Below, piece after piece: positions 1 to 8,737 of a DNA stretch of 24,000 nt. Each line of letters starts with the position of its first letter. Position 1 is the first letter of the stretch. Below the pieces are notes generated by a model, which did not search any database, was not told the DNA's origin, and worked only from the letters and a program-made list of their open reading frames with translations. The position numbers and the translations under genes are program-made. Source of the stretch: Lachnospiraceae bacterium 46-15 (GTDB lineage: Bacteria > Bacillota > Clostridia > Lachnospirales > Lachnospiraceae); contig JBCLQO010000009.1 in NCBI GenBank assembly GCA_041223665.1, forward strand, positions 61,595-85,594. Direction: 5' to 3'.

Positions 1-469
1 CTTCTGTGCTTCGAAAACCGTATTCTGCAAGAAGAACAGGAAGCTGTGCCTGTGTACCGATGGTAGGGCCGAGAGGCTCAGAATAGAGCGCGTAATCCTT
101 GCCCTGTTGCTGTACATCCAGATAAGAAGACAGGATGTCGTAGGTTAGTTTGTTTTTGTCAGAAAGGCTCTTGCGGGATATCTGGGACAGAGAATTCCGG
201 TAATTTTCCAGTGTGGAAATTCCCTGAGCCAGCGAATCCGGCGCAGCGTCTCCCAAAGTAATGGGATAATCTTCGATACCGAAAGACTTCGGATTCGAGA
301 GGGTGTAATGAAGGTTCAGGGTATTGCCTGTGATTTCACTGCGGAACATTTCGCGGGTAAAGTCTGTGAACTCCTTGTTATCTTTGTAAAAGCGTATGGA
401 GAGCACAAGCAGCAGAGCCGCAGGAATCAGCAGGAGCCTGAGGATAAGAGAACGTTTGTCTTTAAGCAT
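1..469 (-). CDS. DUF885-family protein, N-terminal part (gene runs off the window start)
   Basis: Absent from the supplied ORF track because there is no stop in the window. A reverse-strand ATG at 469, with an in-frame stop two codons upstream, opens a frame that stays open to nt 1: MLKDKRSLILRLLLIPAALLLVLSIRFYKDNKEFTDFTREMFRSEITGNTLNLHYTLSNPKSFGIEDYPITLGDAAPDSLAQGISTLENYRNSLSQISRKSLSDKNKLTYDILSSYLDVQQQGKDYALYSEPLGP... It has an N-terminal hydrophobic anchor followed by the LHYTLxNP..FGI and YDIL..YL pattern I associate with DUF885. The family call is from memory. Confidence 0.55.
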   Translation of the reverse strand, partial: MLKDKRSLILRLLLIPAALLLVLSIRFYKDNKEFTDFTREMFRSEITGNTLNLHYTLSNPKSFGIEDYPITLGDAAPDSLAQGISTLENYRNSLSQISRKSLSDKNKLTYDILSSYLDVQQQGKDYALYSEPLGPTIGTQAQLPVLLAEYGFRSTE

Positions 470-662
470 AGGCTACCAACTATAATGTTTGTTTTTCTAT
501 AGGTATGCCGAGCAGTTGAAAGAAATGTGCTTTTATGGTAAAATAAGCAACTATGTGCAGAGATTATCACAGGCGGCAAAGGGACAGGGGTAGGAGAAAC
601 GCCTAAAAAGCCCTGATTTGATTGGAAAAAATTATAGAGCATTACCAAATTCTTAATTTTTA

Positions 663-690
663 TTTACAAAAGTAAAGAATGTGATATAAT
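663..690 (+). promoter_or_regulatory. Sigma-A type promoter candidate upstream of murA (TTTACA-16 nt-TGaTATAAT, extended -10)
   Basis: TTTACA at 663-668 and TATAAT at 685-690, with TG at 682-683. This would give a leader of about 200 nt before the murA ATG at 894. Confidence 0.45.
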
Positions 691-893
691 ATAGGCGAAC
701 GCAACGAATCAGGCGCCTGCAGAGCAGGTTTTTGGAATGGCTGAAAAAGTGTAAGGGGAGACACTATAAATACGGGAAACAATCTCCGGGAAGTTTGGGT
801 AGTATAAAATAAGGACAGCGGTTTTCTGCATTGACATGGAAGGAGAGGCATCATCTGGGCAGGGCTGTTGCGAGCATGAATTTGAGGTGTACT

Positions 894-2186
894 ATGGAAC
901 AGTATATAATAAGGGGTGGAAACCCATTAGTCGGCGAGGTGGAGATTGGCGGTGCTAAGAATGCAGCGCTGGGGATTTTGGCAGCAGCCATTATGACAGA
1001 CGAGACGGTAATACTGGAGAATCTTCCGGAGGTGCAGGATATTAAGGTTCTGCTGGAAGCGATCAGCGGAATTGGTGCGCGGGTGGATAAGATTGAAAAA
1101 GGAAAAGTGGCTATCAACGGTTCGATGATTGGAGATGTCAGCGTTGAGTATGAATATATAAAGAAAATCAGGGCTTCTTATTATCTGCTGGGAGCGCTGC
1201 TGGGAAAATATAAAAAGGCAGAGGTGCCGCTTCCGGGCGGATGCAATATCGGCAGCCGGCCGATTGATTTGCATCTGAAAGGATTTAAGGCTCTTGGTGC
1301 GGAGGTCCGCATTCAGAATGGTTCAATTGTGGCGCAGGCTGAGAGACTGCACGGCAGCCATATTTTCCTGGACACTGTTTCAGTAGGGGCGACCATCAAT
1401 ATCATGATGGCTGCGTCCATGGCAGAAGGGCGTACGATTATTGAAAATGCGGCAAGGGAACCACATGTGGTAGACGTGGCGAACTTCTTGAACAGCATGG
1501 GAGCAAATATCAAAGGCGCAGGAACAGATGTTATTCGTATCCGAGGCGTTGAGAAGCTTCACAAGACGGAATATTCTATTATTCCGGATCAGATAGAAGC
1601 CGGAACTTTTATGTTTGCGGCAGCGGCTACAAAGGGCGATGTGATGGTGAAGAACGTGATACCGAAGCATTTGGAAGCCACTACAGCGAAGCTGGAAGAG
1701 ATAGGGTGCGAAGTAGAGGAATTTGACGATGCAGTCCGTGTAGTGGCATCAAAGCGTTTGCTGAATACCCATGTAAAGACGCAGCCTTATCCCGGCTATC
1801 CTACGGATATGCAGCCGCAGATTGGCGTGGCGCTTTCTCTGGCATCGGGAACAAGTATTGTGACAGAGAGTATTTTTGAAAACCGTTTTAAATATGTTGC
1901 TGAGCTTGTCCGGATGGGAGCTATGGTAAAGGTTGAGGGAAATACAGCGATTATTACAGGAGTAGATAAGCTCACAGGGGCGCAGGTCAGTGCACCGGAT
2001 CTCAGAGCCGGAGCCGCGCTTGTGATTGCGGGGCTGGCAGCAGAAGGAATCACGATTGTAGACGATATCGTGTATATCCAGCGGGGATATGAGAATTTTG
2101 ATGCAAAGCTGCGTGGGCTGGGGGCAGAGATTGAAAAAGTAACCAGCGAGAAAGAAATTCAGAAATTTAAATTCAAGGTAGTATAA
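894..2186 (+). CDS. murA: UDP-N-acetylglucosamine 1-carboxyvinyltransferase
   Basis: ORF 831..2186. The family-typical N-terminus MEQYIIRGGNPLVGEVEIGGAKNAALGILAAA begins at ATG 894, preceded by GAGGTG at about 882-887. The active-site loop LPGGCNIGSRPIDLH retains the catalytic Cys. Length of about 430 aa is typical for MurA. Confidence 0.95.
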   Translation: MEQYIIRGGNPLVGEVEIGGAKNAALGILAAAIMTDETVILENLPEVQDIKVLLEAISGIGARVDKIEKGKVAINGSMIGDVSVEYEYIKKIRASYYLLGALLGKYKKAEVPLPGGCNIGSRPIDLHLKGFKALGAEVRIQNGSIVAQAERLHGSHIFLDTVSVGATINIMMAASMAEGRTIIENAAREPHVVDVANFLNSMGANIKGAGTDVIRIRGVEKLHKTEYSIIPDQIEAGTFMFAAAATKGDVMVKNVIPKHLEATTAKLEEIGCEVEEFDDAVRVVASKRLLNTHVKTQPYPGYPTDMQPQIGVALSLASGTSIVTESIFENRFKYVAELVRMGAMVKVEGNTAIITGVDKLTGAQVSAPDLRAGAALVIAGLAAEGITIVDDIVYIQRGYENFDAKLRGLGAEIEKVTSEKEIQKFKFKVV

Positions 2187-2195
2187 TTTGTGGAG

Positions 2196-2235
2196 GCGGG
2201 TAAAATCGTACAGATTTACCCGCTTCCATTCTATT
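2196..2235 (+). terminator. Candidate intrinsic terminator after murA
   Basis: Hairpin GCGGGTAAA(A)TC ... GATTTACCCGC at 2196-2223, followed by a moderately T-rich tail (ttccattctatttta). The T-tract is weak. Confidence 0.4.
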
Positions 2236-2435
2236 TTATATCGTTGCAGGCAGGCTTAAGAATTTTTATGAACATAAGAAATTTCGACAGACAGTGTATG
2301 AACCTGTTCAGGAAGCGGCTTTTGAAGAAAGATTTCTGCCCGCAGAATATGCGGTTTCATAGGAAGCAGACGTTTCTTACCCTCTTAAAGTAGAACATGA
2401 ATCTCCCTGTTTCGATGGGGCTCATGGAAGAAAAT

Positions 2436-2468
2436 GCCCGAAAAACCGAGGTTTTCAGGCTATTTTTG
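2436..2468 (+). terminator. Second terminator-like hairpin in the murA-downstream gap
   Basis: GCCCGAAAAACC-GA-GGTTTTCAGGC (imperfect, one mismatch and one bulge) followed by TATTTTTG. Confidence 0.35.
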
Positions 2469-2483
2469 TCGGACGATTTTACT

Positions 2484-2511
2484 TTGCAAATGGAAAATCT
2501 GAGGCTATAAT
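2484..2511 (+). promoter_or_regulatory. Promoter candidate for the hypothetical membrane protein (TTGCAA-16 nt-TATAAT)
   Basis: TTGCAA at 2484-2489 and TATAAT at 2506-2511. Confidence 0.4.
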
Positions 2512-2572
2512 GGCGGTGAAAAAAGCAAAGCGGCCCGGTTTTGCGGGCAGCGGCAAAAAAGGGGGAAGATAT

Positions 2573-3379
2573 ATGTTATTAGAAATCATGCAGCAAAACG
2601 TTTTACTCTACGGAATAGCGGTTCTGGGTATCTGGGGGGTAGCCAGCCAGATTATCCTGCGGATCGTATATGATAAGCTTATCCACGATATGGAAAAACC
2701 GGCGTTTGCCAAGGGGAAATATGTAAAGCATCTGAAACAGAAATACAATGTCTATAAACGGATGCAGGCGGGAGCCGATAATGTGAATACTTTTATTCAG
2801 AAAAGTTTAATGGAATATAAATTTTTAGGTATGAACCTGCATACCTGGAGGCGGATGGGAGGCGCGGTATTTGTGCTGTGTGCAGTTGTGGGGGCCGTGG
2901 GATGGTATTTTGCCGGAACCCTGCAGCTGGCAGAGGAGATAAGGCAGAATTATTTGTGGGCGGTATTGGCTTCAGCGCTTTTAATTGCGGGGGCGTACGG
3001 AGTTACGGATACGGGATATCGGAGAAAGTATCTGGAAACCGGACTCCGAAGCCTGTTTTCCGGCAGCAGCACGCAGACAGTACAGACGGTAGATTTGCCG
3101 GAGCAGCGTACAGAGTCTGCAAAAGAGACAGTGAAAGCGGAGAAAAAGCCTTTCCCAATAAGAGCTTCTGCGGAGAAAAAGAAACGGGGAAAATCTATGG
3201 AGACAAAAGCCCAGAGGGACAAGCGTGAATTAAAAGAAAATCTGGCGAAACTTAAGGAGGGAACTGCGGAGACTGCGGCGGCCGAGGGAAGCCGGAAGAG
3301 GAATACGGAAATTTTACAGCAGATGGACCCGGCAGAACAGGAAAGAGTTATTCGGGAGGTACTGAAAGAATTTCTGTGA
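2573..3379 (+). CDS. Hypothetical membrane protein with a Lys/Glu-rich C-terminal tail
   Basis: ORF 2510..3379. The preferred start is ATG 2573, with GGGGGAAG at 2561-2568 as SD. Hydrophobic segments: LLYGIAVLGIWGVASQIIL, GGAVFVLCAVVGAVGWYFAG and LWAVLASALLIAGAYGV. The C-terminal part of about 100 aa is highly charged (KETVKAEKK...KRELKENLAKLKEG). I recognise no family. Confidence 0.6.
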   Translation: MLLEIMQQNVLLYGIAVLGIWGVASQIILRIVYDKLIHDMEKPAFAKGKYVKHLKQKYNVYKRMQAGADNVNTFIQKSLMEYKFLGMNLHTWRRMGGAVFVLCAVVGAVGWYFAGTLQLAEEIRQNYLWAVLASALLIAGAYGVTDTGYRRKYLETGLRSLFSGSSTQTVQTVDLPEQRTESAKETVKAEKKPFPIRASAEKKKRGKSMETKAQRDKRELKENLAKLKEGTAETAAAEGSRKRNTEILQQMDPAEQERVIREVLKEFL

Positions 3380-3386
3380 TTACGTC

Positions 3387-3415
3387 TTGATAATGTGATA
3401 TAAGTTTGCTAGAAT
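3387..3415 (+). promoter_or_regulatory. Promoter candidate for pgi (TTGATA-17 nt-TGcTAGAAT)
   Basis: TTGATA at 3387-3392 and TAGAAT at 3410-3415, with an upstream TG at 3407-3408. Confidence 0.45.
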
Positions 3416-3479
3416 GAGGGATGAATACAGGCAGATTTTAGGCTGCCGGTAAAAAGAACAAAAAAGAGGAGTGTTTGAA

Positions 3480-4829
3480 ATGGCAGAGAAAATTACATTT
3501 GACTATTCAAAGGCAATAGGTTTTATCGGTGAGAATGAGATAGCGCCGATGGAAAAACTGGTACAGGATGCCAAAGAAGTCCTGGTAAGCAGGACAGGAG
3601 CAGGAAATGATTTCCTGGGATGGATTGATTTGCCTGTAGATTATGATAAAGAAGAGTTTGGCAGGATTCAGAAAGCTGCTGAAAAAATTAAATCGGACAG
3701 TGAGGTGCTGGTGGTAATCGGCATTGGCGGCTCCTATCTGGGAGCAAGGGCAGCAATTGAATTCCTTCGTCACGGCTTTTACAATATGGTTTCGAAAGAA
3801 ATCCGCAAGACGCCGGAAATCTACTTTGTAGGAAACAGCATCAGCAGCACGTATTTAGCACAGCTAATTGATGTCATCGGGGACAGAGATTATTCTGTTA
3901 ATATCATATCAAAGTCGGGAACTACCACGGAACCGGCGATTGCTTTCCGTATCTTCAAGGACATGCTGGAGAAGAAATATGGAAAAGAAGAGGCAGCAAA
4001 GAGAATCTATGCGACTACCGATAAGGCAAGAGGAGCCTTAAAGAATCTGGCGACAGAGGAAGGCTATGAAAGTTTTGTAGTGCCGGACGATGTAGGCGGA
4101 AGATTTTCCGTACTGACCGCAGTAGGGCTTCTTCCAATCGCAGTCAGCGGGGCTGACATCACGAAGCTTATGGAAGGCGCGGCAGCCGGGAGAAAACGTG
4201 CCATGGAAGCTGACTTTGCAGAAAATGACGCATTAAAGTATGCGGCAGTCCGTAACATCCTGCTCAGAAAAGGGAAATTAGTTGAGATATTGGCGAACTA
4301 TGAGCCGAGCCTGCACTATGTATCCGAGTGGTGGAAACAGTTATACGGTGAGTCCGAAGGAAAAGATCAGAAGGGTATTTTCCCTGCATCTGTAGACCTT
4401 ACTACAGACCTTCATTCTATGGGACAGTTCATTCAGGACGGAAGCCGTATTATGTTTGAGACCGTAATGAACGTGGAAAAACCACGGTGTGAACTGGTTA
4501 TCGGTGAGGAGCCGTCAGATTTGGATGGCCTGAATTATCTGGCAGGAAAAACGGTTGATTTTGTAAACAAGAGTGCTATGAACGGAACCATTCTTGCACA
4601 TACGGATGGAAACGTGCCGAACCTGGTCGTAAACATCCCGGAACAGAATGAGTACTATTTAGGTGAGCTGTTCTATTTCTTCGAGTTTGCCTGCGGTGTC
4701 AGCGGATATCTCCTGGGTGTGAATCCGTTTAACCAGCCGGGAGTTGAGAGTTATAAGAGAAATATGTTTGCCTTGCTTGGGAAGCCGGGTTATGAGGCAG
4801 AGAGAGAAGAGCTGTTAAAGAGATTATAG
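3480..4829 (+). CDS. pgi: Glucose-6-phosphate isomerase
   Basis: ORF 3471..4829. ATG 3480 lies 8 nt after AGAGGAG (3465-3471). It is a Firmicute-type PGI of about 450 aa with [37 protein letters not shown] and the EGKD motif region. Confidence 0.95.
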   Translation: MAEKITFDYSKAIGFIGENEIAPMEKLVQDAKEVLVSRTGAGNDFLGWIDLPVDYDKEEFGRIQKAAEKIKSDSEVLVVIGIGGSYLGARAAIEFLRHGFYNMVSKEIRKTPEIYFVGNSISSTYLAQLIDVIGDRDYSVNIISKSGTTTEPAIAFRIFKDMLEKKYGKEEAAKRIYATTDKARGALKNLATEEGYESFVVPDDVGGRFSVLTAVGLLPIAVSGADITKLMEGAAAGRKRAMEADFAENDALKYAAVRNILLRKGKLVEILANYEPSLHYVSEWWKQLYGESEGKDQKGIFPASVDLTTDLHSMGQFIQDGSRIMFETVMNVEKPRCELVIGEEPSDLDGLNYLAGKTVDFVNKSAMNGTILAHTDGNVPNLVVNIPEQNEYYLGELFYFFEFACGVSGYLLGVNPFNQPGVESYKRNMFALLGKPGYEAEREELLKRL

Positions 4830-4842
4830 GGAAATTGAAAGA

Positions 4843-4872
4843 GGGAGACAGTCCGCAAGGAAACTGTCTCCC
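4843..4872. terminator. Hairpin terminator between convergent pgi and the HD-domain gene
   Basis: Perfect 10-bp stem GGGAGACAGT (4843-4852) / ACTGTCTCCC (4863-4872) with a 10-nt loop. It is followed by TTGTTATGG on the + strand and lies between two convergent stop codons. Confidence 0.6.
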
Positions 4873-4912
4873 TTGTTATGGGGAAGAAAAAAGCCAAGGT
4901 AAAAAATGTAGT

Positions 4913-5524
4913 TCAAAGCAGTTCCTGGCGAAAACTGCTTTCTTCAACACCCGGAAGCAAAGTATAAATAGAACAGCCAATTTTCTTTTCGAATAATTGC
5001 TTTATCTCCAGTATTTTCTTCCACCTATCCACTGTGGCCGGGTGAATGCCATACCGGATAGTTACGTCTACAAATCTTTTTTCTAAAAGGCAAAAGCCTG
5101 TTGGCATAGCCAAAGCGTCACACAGCTGTACTAAGCGGTCATAATCGTCATAAACGGCATTTGCAACAAATTCCTTCATAAACAGGTAATCATCGTCACC
5201 TACATCAAACTTACCAATAGAAGTGTTAATATCCTGTATCATGAACGCATGGGAAATGCATATTTGCGCCGCTTTTTCCCATCCTCGCTCCATGCAATAA
5301 CGATAACCGTCTATCAGGTGTTTTTCTGAACTTACTCCGGCGTAGCGTCCAATGTCGTGCAGCAATCCTAAAACATATGCTTTGTCTGCGGACAGATGTT
5401 TACAGTGGGCGGCTATATTTTGGCACGCTTCTGCTACATAGCGGGAATGAGCTTCCCATGGCCCCGGATTGGATTCAGATGCTTTTTTAAGTGCCTGTTC
5501 TGCAAGTTGTCTGTTTGGTTCCAT
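4913..5524 (-). CDS. HD-domain phosphohydrolase-family protein
   Basis: 203-aa ORF with H...LGLLHDIGRY (HD motif) and a downstream ICISHAF. A strong SD (GGGGGGAGA) precedes the ATG on the minus strand. Confidence 0.8.
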   Translation of the reverse strand: MEPNRQLAEQALKKASESNPGPWEAHSRYVAEACQNIAAHCKHLSADKAYVLGLLHDIGRYAGVSSEKHLIDGYRYCMERGWEKAAQICISHAFMIQDINTSIGKFDVGDDDYLFMKEFVANAVYDDYDRLVQLCDALAMPTGFCLLEKRFVDVTIRYGIHPATVDRWKKILEIKQLFEKKIGCSIYTLLPGVEESSFRQELL

Positions 5525-5631
5525 TTTTTCTCCCCCCTAATATGAAATAATCGGTAAATTTCTTTTCGATTATCATTATAGTGCGGTTTTTACCTTATAT
5601 GCTTATCATACGATGTTGAGTTTATAAATTT

Positions 5632-5660
5632 AATATACGGAATAGGGGCGGAAGTGTCAA
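5632..5660 (-). promoter_or_regulatory. Promoter candidate for the HD-domain gene (TTGACA-17 nt-TATATT on the minus strand)
   Basis: On the plus strand, TGTCAA at 5655-5660 and AATATA at 5632-5637, with a 17-nt spacer. Confidence 0.35.
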
Positions 5661-5729
5661 TCTAATATCAGCTGTTTATAGAAAAAAGGCGTTCACATAG
5701 GTATGTGCAAAGATTTTTTCAAAAAGTGA

Positions 5730-5758
5730 TTGACAAAACTGTATCGACTGTATATACT
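5730..5758 (+). promoter_or_regulatory. Promoter of the GntR-ABC operon (TTGACA-17 nt-TATACT)
   Basis: TTGACA at 5730-5735 and TATACT at 5753-5758, 32 nt upstream of the GntR ATG. Confidence 0.55.
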
Positions 5759-5770
5759 GTTCATATACAG
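5748..5770. promoter_or_regulatory. Candidate autoregulatory operator: inverted repeat CTGTATAT-N7-ATATACAG overlapping the -10 box
   Basis: Perfect 8-bp inverted repeat (5748-5755 / 5763-5770). Additional ACTGTAT direct repeats lie at 5738-5744 and 5747-5753. The position overlapping the -10 box and transcription start is typical of GntR/YtrA autorepression. Confidence 0.4.
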
Positions 5771-5789
5771 ATAGGGGAAGGAAGAGCAG

Positions 5790-6161
5790 ATGAATATTTT
5801 TATTGACAATAAACGGGGTGCGCCGATTTACGATCAGATTTATTCTCAGATTAAAGCACAGATAATAAATGGAGTACTCAGGGAAGATGAGGCGCTTCCA
5901 TCTATTCGGAATCTGGCGAAGGATTTGCGTATCAGCGTGATTACCACGAAGCGGGCATATGATGAGCTGGAAAGGGAAGGATTTATCTATACACTTCCCG
6001 CAAAGGGGTGTTTTGTAGCTCCGAAGAATGTGGAACTGCTTCGTGAGGAGAGCTTGAAAAGAATAGAAGAATATATGCAGAAAATTGTGCAGCTTGCGGC
6101 ATCCTGTAGTCTGAGCAAAGAAGAGGTTGTTGAAATGTTTATGATTAACTGGGAGGAATAG
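5790..6161 (+). CDS. GntR-family transcriptional regulator, YtrA-like short subfamily
   Basis: 123 aa. The N-terminal winged HTH is PIYDQIYSQIKAQIINGVLREDEALPSIRNLAKDLRISVITTKRAYDELEREGFIYTLPAKGCFV. The short C-terminal helical region and the genetic link to an ABC transporter are typical of YtrA-type regulators. Confidence 0.9.
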   Translation: MNIFIDNKRGAPIYDQIYSQIKAQIINGVLREDEALPSIRNLAKDLRISVITTKRAYDELEREGFIYTLPAKGCFVAPKNVELLREESLKRIEEYMQKIVQLAASCSLSKEEVVEMFMINWEE

Positions 6162-6164
6162 AGA

Positions 6165-7007
6165 ATGAATGCATTAGAAATCAAGGGACTGACAAAAGCA
6201 TACAGGGATTTCCGCCTGGATTCTCTGAATCTGGTACTGCCGAGCGGATGCATCATGGGGCTTATCGGGGAAAATGGGGCAGGAAAAAGTACGACGATTA
6301 AGTTGATTTTGAATACAATCCGGCGGGATGCAGGCACGATTACCATTTTGGGACAGGACAACAGGAAAAATGTGCAGTTGATGAAAGAGGATGTAGGTAT
6401 CGTACTGGATGAAGTGGGATTTCCTGAGTGCCTGACCGGGAAACAGGTGGGAAAAATTATGAGGAATACTTACAGGAATTGGGACAATAAGACATATGAA
6501 GATTATCTTAGGAAATTTTCTGTTCCGATGAACAAAGAGTTTAAGGATTTCTCAAGGGGAATGAAGATGAAGCTTGGGATAGCAGTGGCTATGTCCCATG
6601 ATCCGAAGCTTCTGATTCTGGATGAGGCGACCAGCGGCCTTGACCCGGTAGTGCGTGACGAGGTGGTGGAGATGTTGAATGAATTCACCAGAGATGAGGG
6701 ACATTCTATTCTGATTTCTTCCCATATCGTGAGTGATTTAGAGAAGCTCTGCGACTATATTGCATTTTTGCATAAAGGGAAGCTGCTGCTCTGTGAAGAA
6801 AAGGATGTTCTTTTGGAAGAGTTTGGGATTATCCACTGTGCTTCAGAGACTTTAAGAGAACTGGATGCATCGGCGGTAAAGGGAAAGAAGGAGACGGCAT
6901 ATGGGGCAGAGGCGATTGTAAAACGTGATGCGGTGCCTGCAGGAATGGATATCAGTCCAATAGGCATAGAAGAGCTGTTTGTGTTTATGGTGAAGGAGGG
7001 GAAATGA
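6165..7007 (+). CDS. ABC transporter ATP-binding protein
   Basis: Walker A GENGAGKSTT, signature-like FSRGMKMKL, Walker B LLILDEATSGLD and H-loop SSH. It starts 4 nt after the GntR stop. Confidence 0.9.
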   Translation: MNALEIKGLTKAYRDFRLDSLNLVLPSGCIMGLIGENGAGKSTTIKLILNTIRRDAGTITILGQDNRKNVQLMKEDVGIVLDEVGFPECLTGKQVGKIMRNTYRNWDNKTYEDYLRKFSVPMNKEFKDFSRGMKMKLGIAVAMSHDPKLLILDEATSGLDPVVRDEVVEMLNEFTRDEGHSILISSHIVSDLEKLCDYIAFLHKGKLLLCEEKDVLLEEFGIIHCASETLRELDASAVKGKKETAYGAEAIVKRDAVPAGMDISPIGIEELFVFMVKEGK

Positions 7008-7642
7008 TTATGAAAGGACTGCTTCTAAAAGAGTCTTATATGATAAATAAATATTGCCGTATGTACCTGGTGCTGGTATGTGTGTTTGCGGTTATTTTCG
7101 TGATGTCAGGAAATGAATTTATGATGTTTTATCCGGTGGTGCTTACAGGAATCCTGCCAATGAGCCTGGTTTCCTATGATGAGAGAAGCAAATGGTGCGT
7201 ATATGCAGATGCGTTCCCTTATACTCGAAAGCAGATTGTTTCGGCAAAATATCTGATTACGCTGTTCTATCTGTTGGCAGCAGTTGTTATACTCGCGGCG
7301 GCGGGGGCGGTAAAGAGCAGTCTGTTTCCAGACGGCGGAATGGATATGAAGGGATATCTTTTCAGTATTAGCATGATTCCGGTGGCTGGTCTTTTTATAC
7401 CAAGCATTATGCTGCCCCCAGTGTTTAAGCTGGGCGTTGAGAAAGGGCGTATTGTTTACTATGCCGAGATTTTTGCGGTAGCCTTGATTTTCGGTATTTT
7501 TACGGAGTTCCAGACAGAACTTGCACAGTGGCTTGCGCATTTTGGAAGACTGATAGTACCCATAGCCCTTGCAGGGATGATGTTGCTGTTTGGGATGTCT
7601 TGGATACTGTCTGTGAAGTTTTATGAAAGCCGGGAGTTGTAG
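7004..7642 (+). CDS. ABC-2 type transporter permease (small, about 6 TM)
   Basis: Its start overlaps the ATPase stop (ATGA at 7004-7007), with an alternative ATG at 7010. The protein is highly hydrophobic with multiple TM segments, and the position after GntR + ATPase is typical of ABC-2 permease triads. Confidence 0.7.
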   Translation: MIMKGLLLKESYMINKYCRMYLVLVCVFAVIFVMSGNEFMMFYPVVLTGILPMSLVSYDERSKWCVYADAFPYTRKQIVSAKYLITLFYLLAAVVILAAAGAVKSSLFPDGGMDMKGYLFSISMIPVAGLFIPSIMLPPVFKLGVEKGRIVYYAEIFAVALIFGIFTEFQTELAQWLAHFGRLIVPIALAGMMLLFGMSWILSVKFYESREL

Positions 7643-7728
7643 AAGGTGCAGGCTGTTCATTCCCGCGAGAGATGAGTCAGGCAGCGTATCTGTGCGGATA
7701 TTTTGCGACTGTTGCGAGAGCCTTTATA

Positions 7729-7760
7729 CCCCGCCGCTTGCGGCGGGGTTGTTGACTTTT
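7729..7760 (+). terminator. Intrinsic terminator of the GntR-ABC operon
   Basis: CCCCGCCGC-TT-GCGGCGGGG (7729-7748) followed by TTGTTGACTTTTT. Confidence 0.65.
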
Positions 7761-7780
7761 TCATCGAATTTTGGTATAAG
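7752..7780 (+). promoter_or_regulatory. Promoter candidate for the DUF554 gene (TTGACT-17 nt-TGgTATAAG)
   Basis: TTGACT at 7752-7757 and TATAAG at 7775-7780, with TG at 7772-7773. Confidence 0.45.
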
Positions 7781-7815
7781 TTTCAAGGTAATTACTGAAG
7801 GAATGAGGGAAGAAA

Positions 7816-8532
7816 ATGACAGGGCTTGGGACGTTAATAAATGTAGCGGGTATTCTTTTTGGTGGGTTTGGCGGTATGATTTTCGGGAAACTGATCAGTG
7901 AGAGGTATCAGGATACCCTGATGAAAGCGGTGGGAGTGTGCGTGCTGTTTGTAGGCATTGGGGGCGCCATGGAAAAGATGCTTAAAGTCAGTCAGGATGG
8001 ACTTTCCGGCAGCGGAACGATGATGATGATTGGAAGCTTTGCCATAGGTTCTCTGGCAGGAGAATGGCTGGATATTGAGCGGCGGCTGGAGCAGTTTGGA
8101 GAATGGCTGAAAATAAGGACAGGAAATGGCGGTGACAATTCTTTTGTTAATGGCTTTGTTACTACTTCACTGGTTATCTGCGTGGGTGCAATGGCAATTG
8201 TAGGTGCGATTCAGGACGGCATTTTTGGAGATTATTCCATCCTCGCGTTAAAGGCAGTGCTGGATTTCCTGATTGTATTAGTGATGACGGCGTCCATAGG
8301 AAAGGGCTGTATCTTTGCGGCAATTCCGGTATTTTTGCTTCAGGGGGCAGTCACTCTGTTTGCCAGGATGATAGAGCCGTTTATGACAGAGCAGGCTCTG
8401 GACAACCTGACGCTGACAGGTTCGGTGTTGATTTTCTGTGTAGGGGTGAACCAGATTTGGGGAAAAATGATTAAAGTAGGGAATATGCTGCCAGCCATTC
8501 TGGTAGCGCTGGCATGGGCATTTGCGGCGTGA
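7816..8532 (+). CDS. DUF554-family membrane protein (YdfK/YqgA-like)
   Basis: 238 aa. LINVAGILFGGFGGMIFG..., GEWLDIERRLEQFGEWLK, and FVTTSLVICVGAMAIVGAIQDGIFGDYSILALKAVLDFL...IPVFLLQGAVTLFA match my memory of the DUF554 pattern. Confidence 0.8.
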   Translation: MTGLGTLINVAGILFGGFGGMIFGKLISERYQDTLMKAVGVCVLFVGIGGAMEKMLKVSQDGLSGSGTMMMIGSFAIGSLAGEWLDIERRLEQFGEWLKIRTGNGGDNSFVNGFVTTSLVICVGAMAIVGAIQDGIFGDYSILALKAVLDFLIVLVMTASIGKGCIFAAIPVFLLQGAVTLFARMIEPFMTEQALDNLTLTGSVLIFCVGVNQIWGKMIKVGNMLPAILVALAWAFAA

Positions 8533-8605
8533 TGAATAGCCGTGAAATTTGAGACACTGTAAGGCTTTGAAAAAGATAAAGATAAATTCTACAAAGGTGA
8601 AAAAA

Positions 8606-8636
8606 GTTGCGGTTTGAAAGAGCCGCAGCTTTTTTG
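8606..8636 (+). terminator. Intrinsic terminator after the DUF554 gene
   Basis: GTTGCGG-TTTGAAAGAG-CCGCAGC (7-bp stem including one G-U pair) followed by TTTTTTG. Confidence 0.55.
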
Positions 8637-8737
8637 TTTCCTTGCTCAAGAAAGATGAGGCGCCCGCATACATAAGAAAACTTCTTCCTTGATGAACCTT
8701 TGCAGAAATATTAAGAGTTAAAAAATGTGAAATAAGA

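Noticed and set aside
308-648. ORFs 308..502 (+) and 427..648 (-) from the six-frame track
   Set aside because: 308..502 lies antisense to the far more convincing DUF885-type reading frame (1..469, minus). 427..648 is in a different frame, has no SD, and has an implausible composition. Both are treated as spurious.
2190-2393. 67-aa ORF immediately after murA
   Set aside because: It starts at GTG inside the murA terminator hairpin. It has no SD and a low-complexity, basic sequence with no family resemblance.
7106-7660. 184-aa minus-strand ORF
   Set aside because: It lies entirely antisense to the ABC-2 permease, whose hydrophobic TM pattern and translational coupling to the ATPase are far more credible.
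7729-7748. Similarity between the GC hairpins CCCCGCCGCTTGCGGCGGGG (7729) and CCCCGCCGCAAGCAGCGGGG (16875) as a possible dispersed repeat (REP-like) element
   Set aside because: There are only two copies of about 20 nt within 24 kb, both in positions expected for terminators. That is too short and too few to call a repeat family without a genome-wide count.
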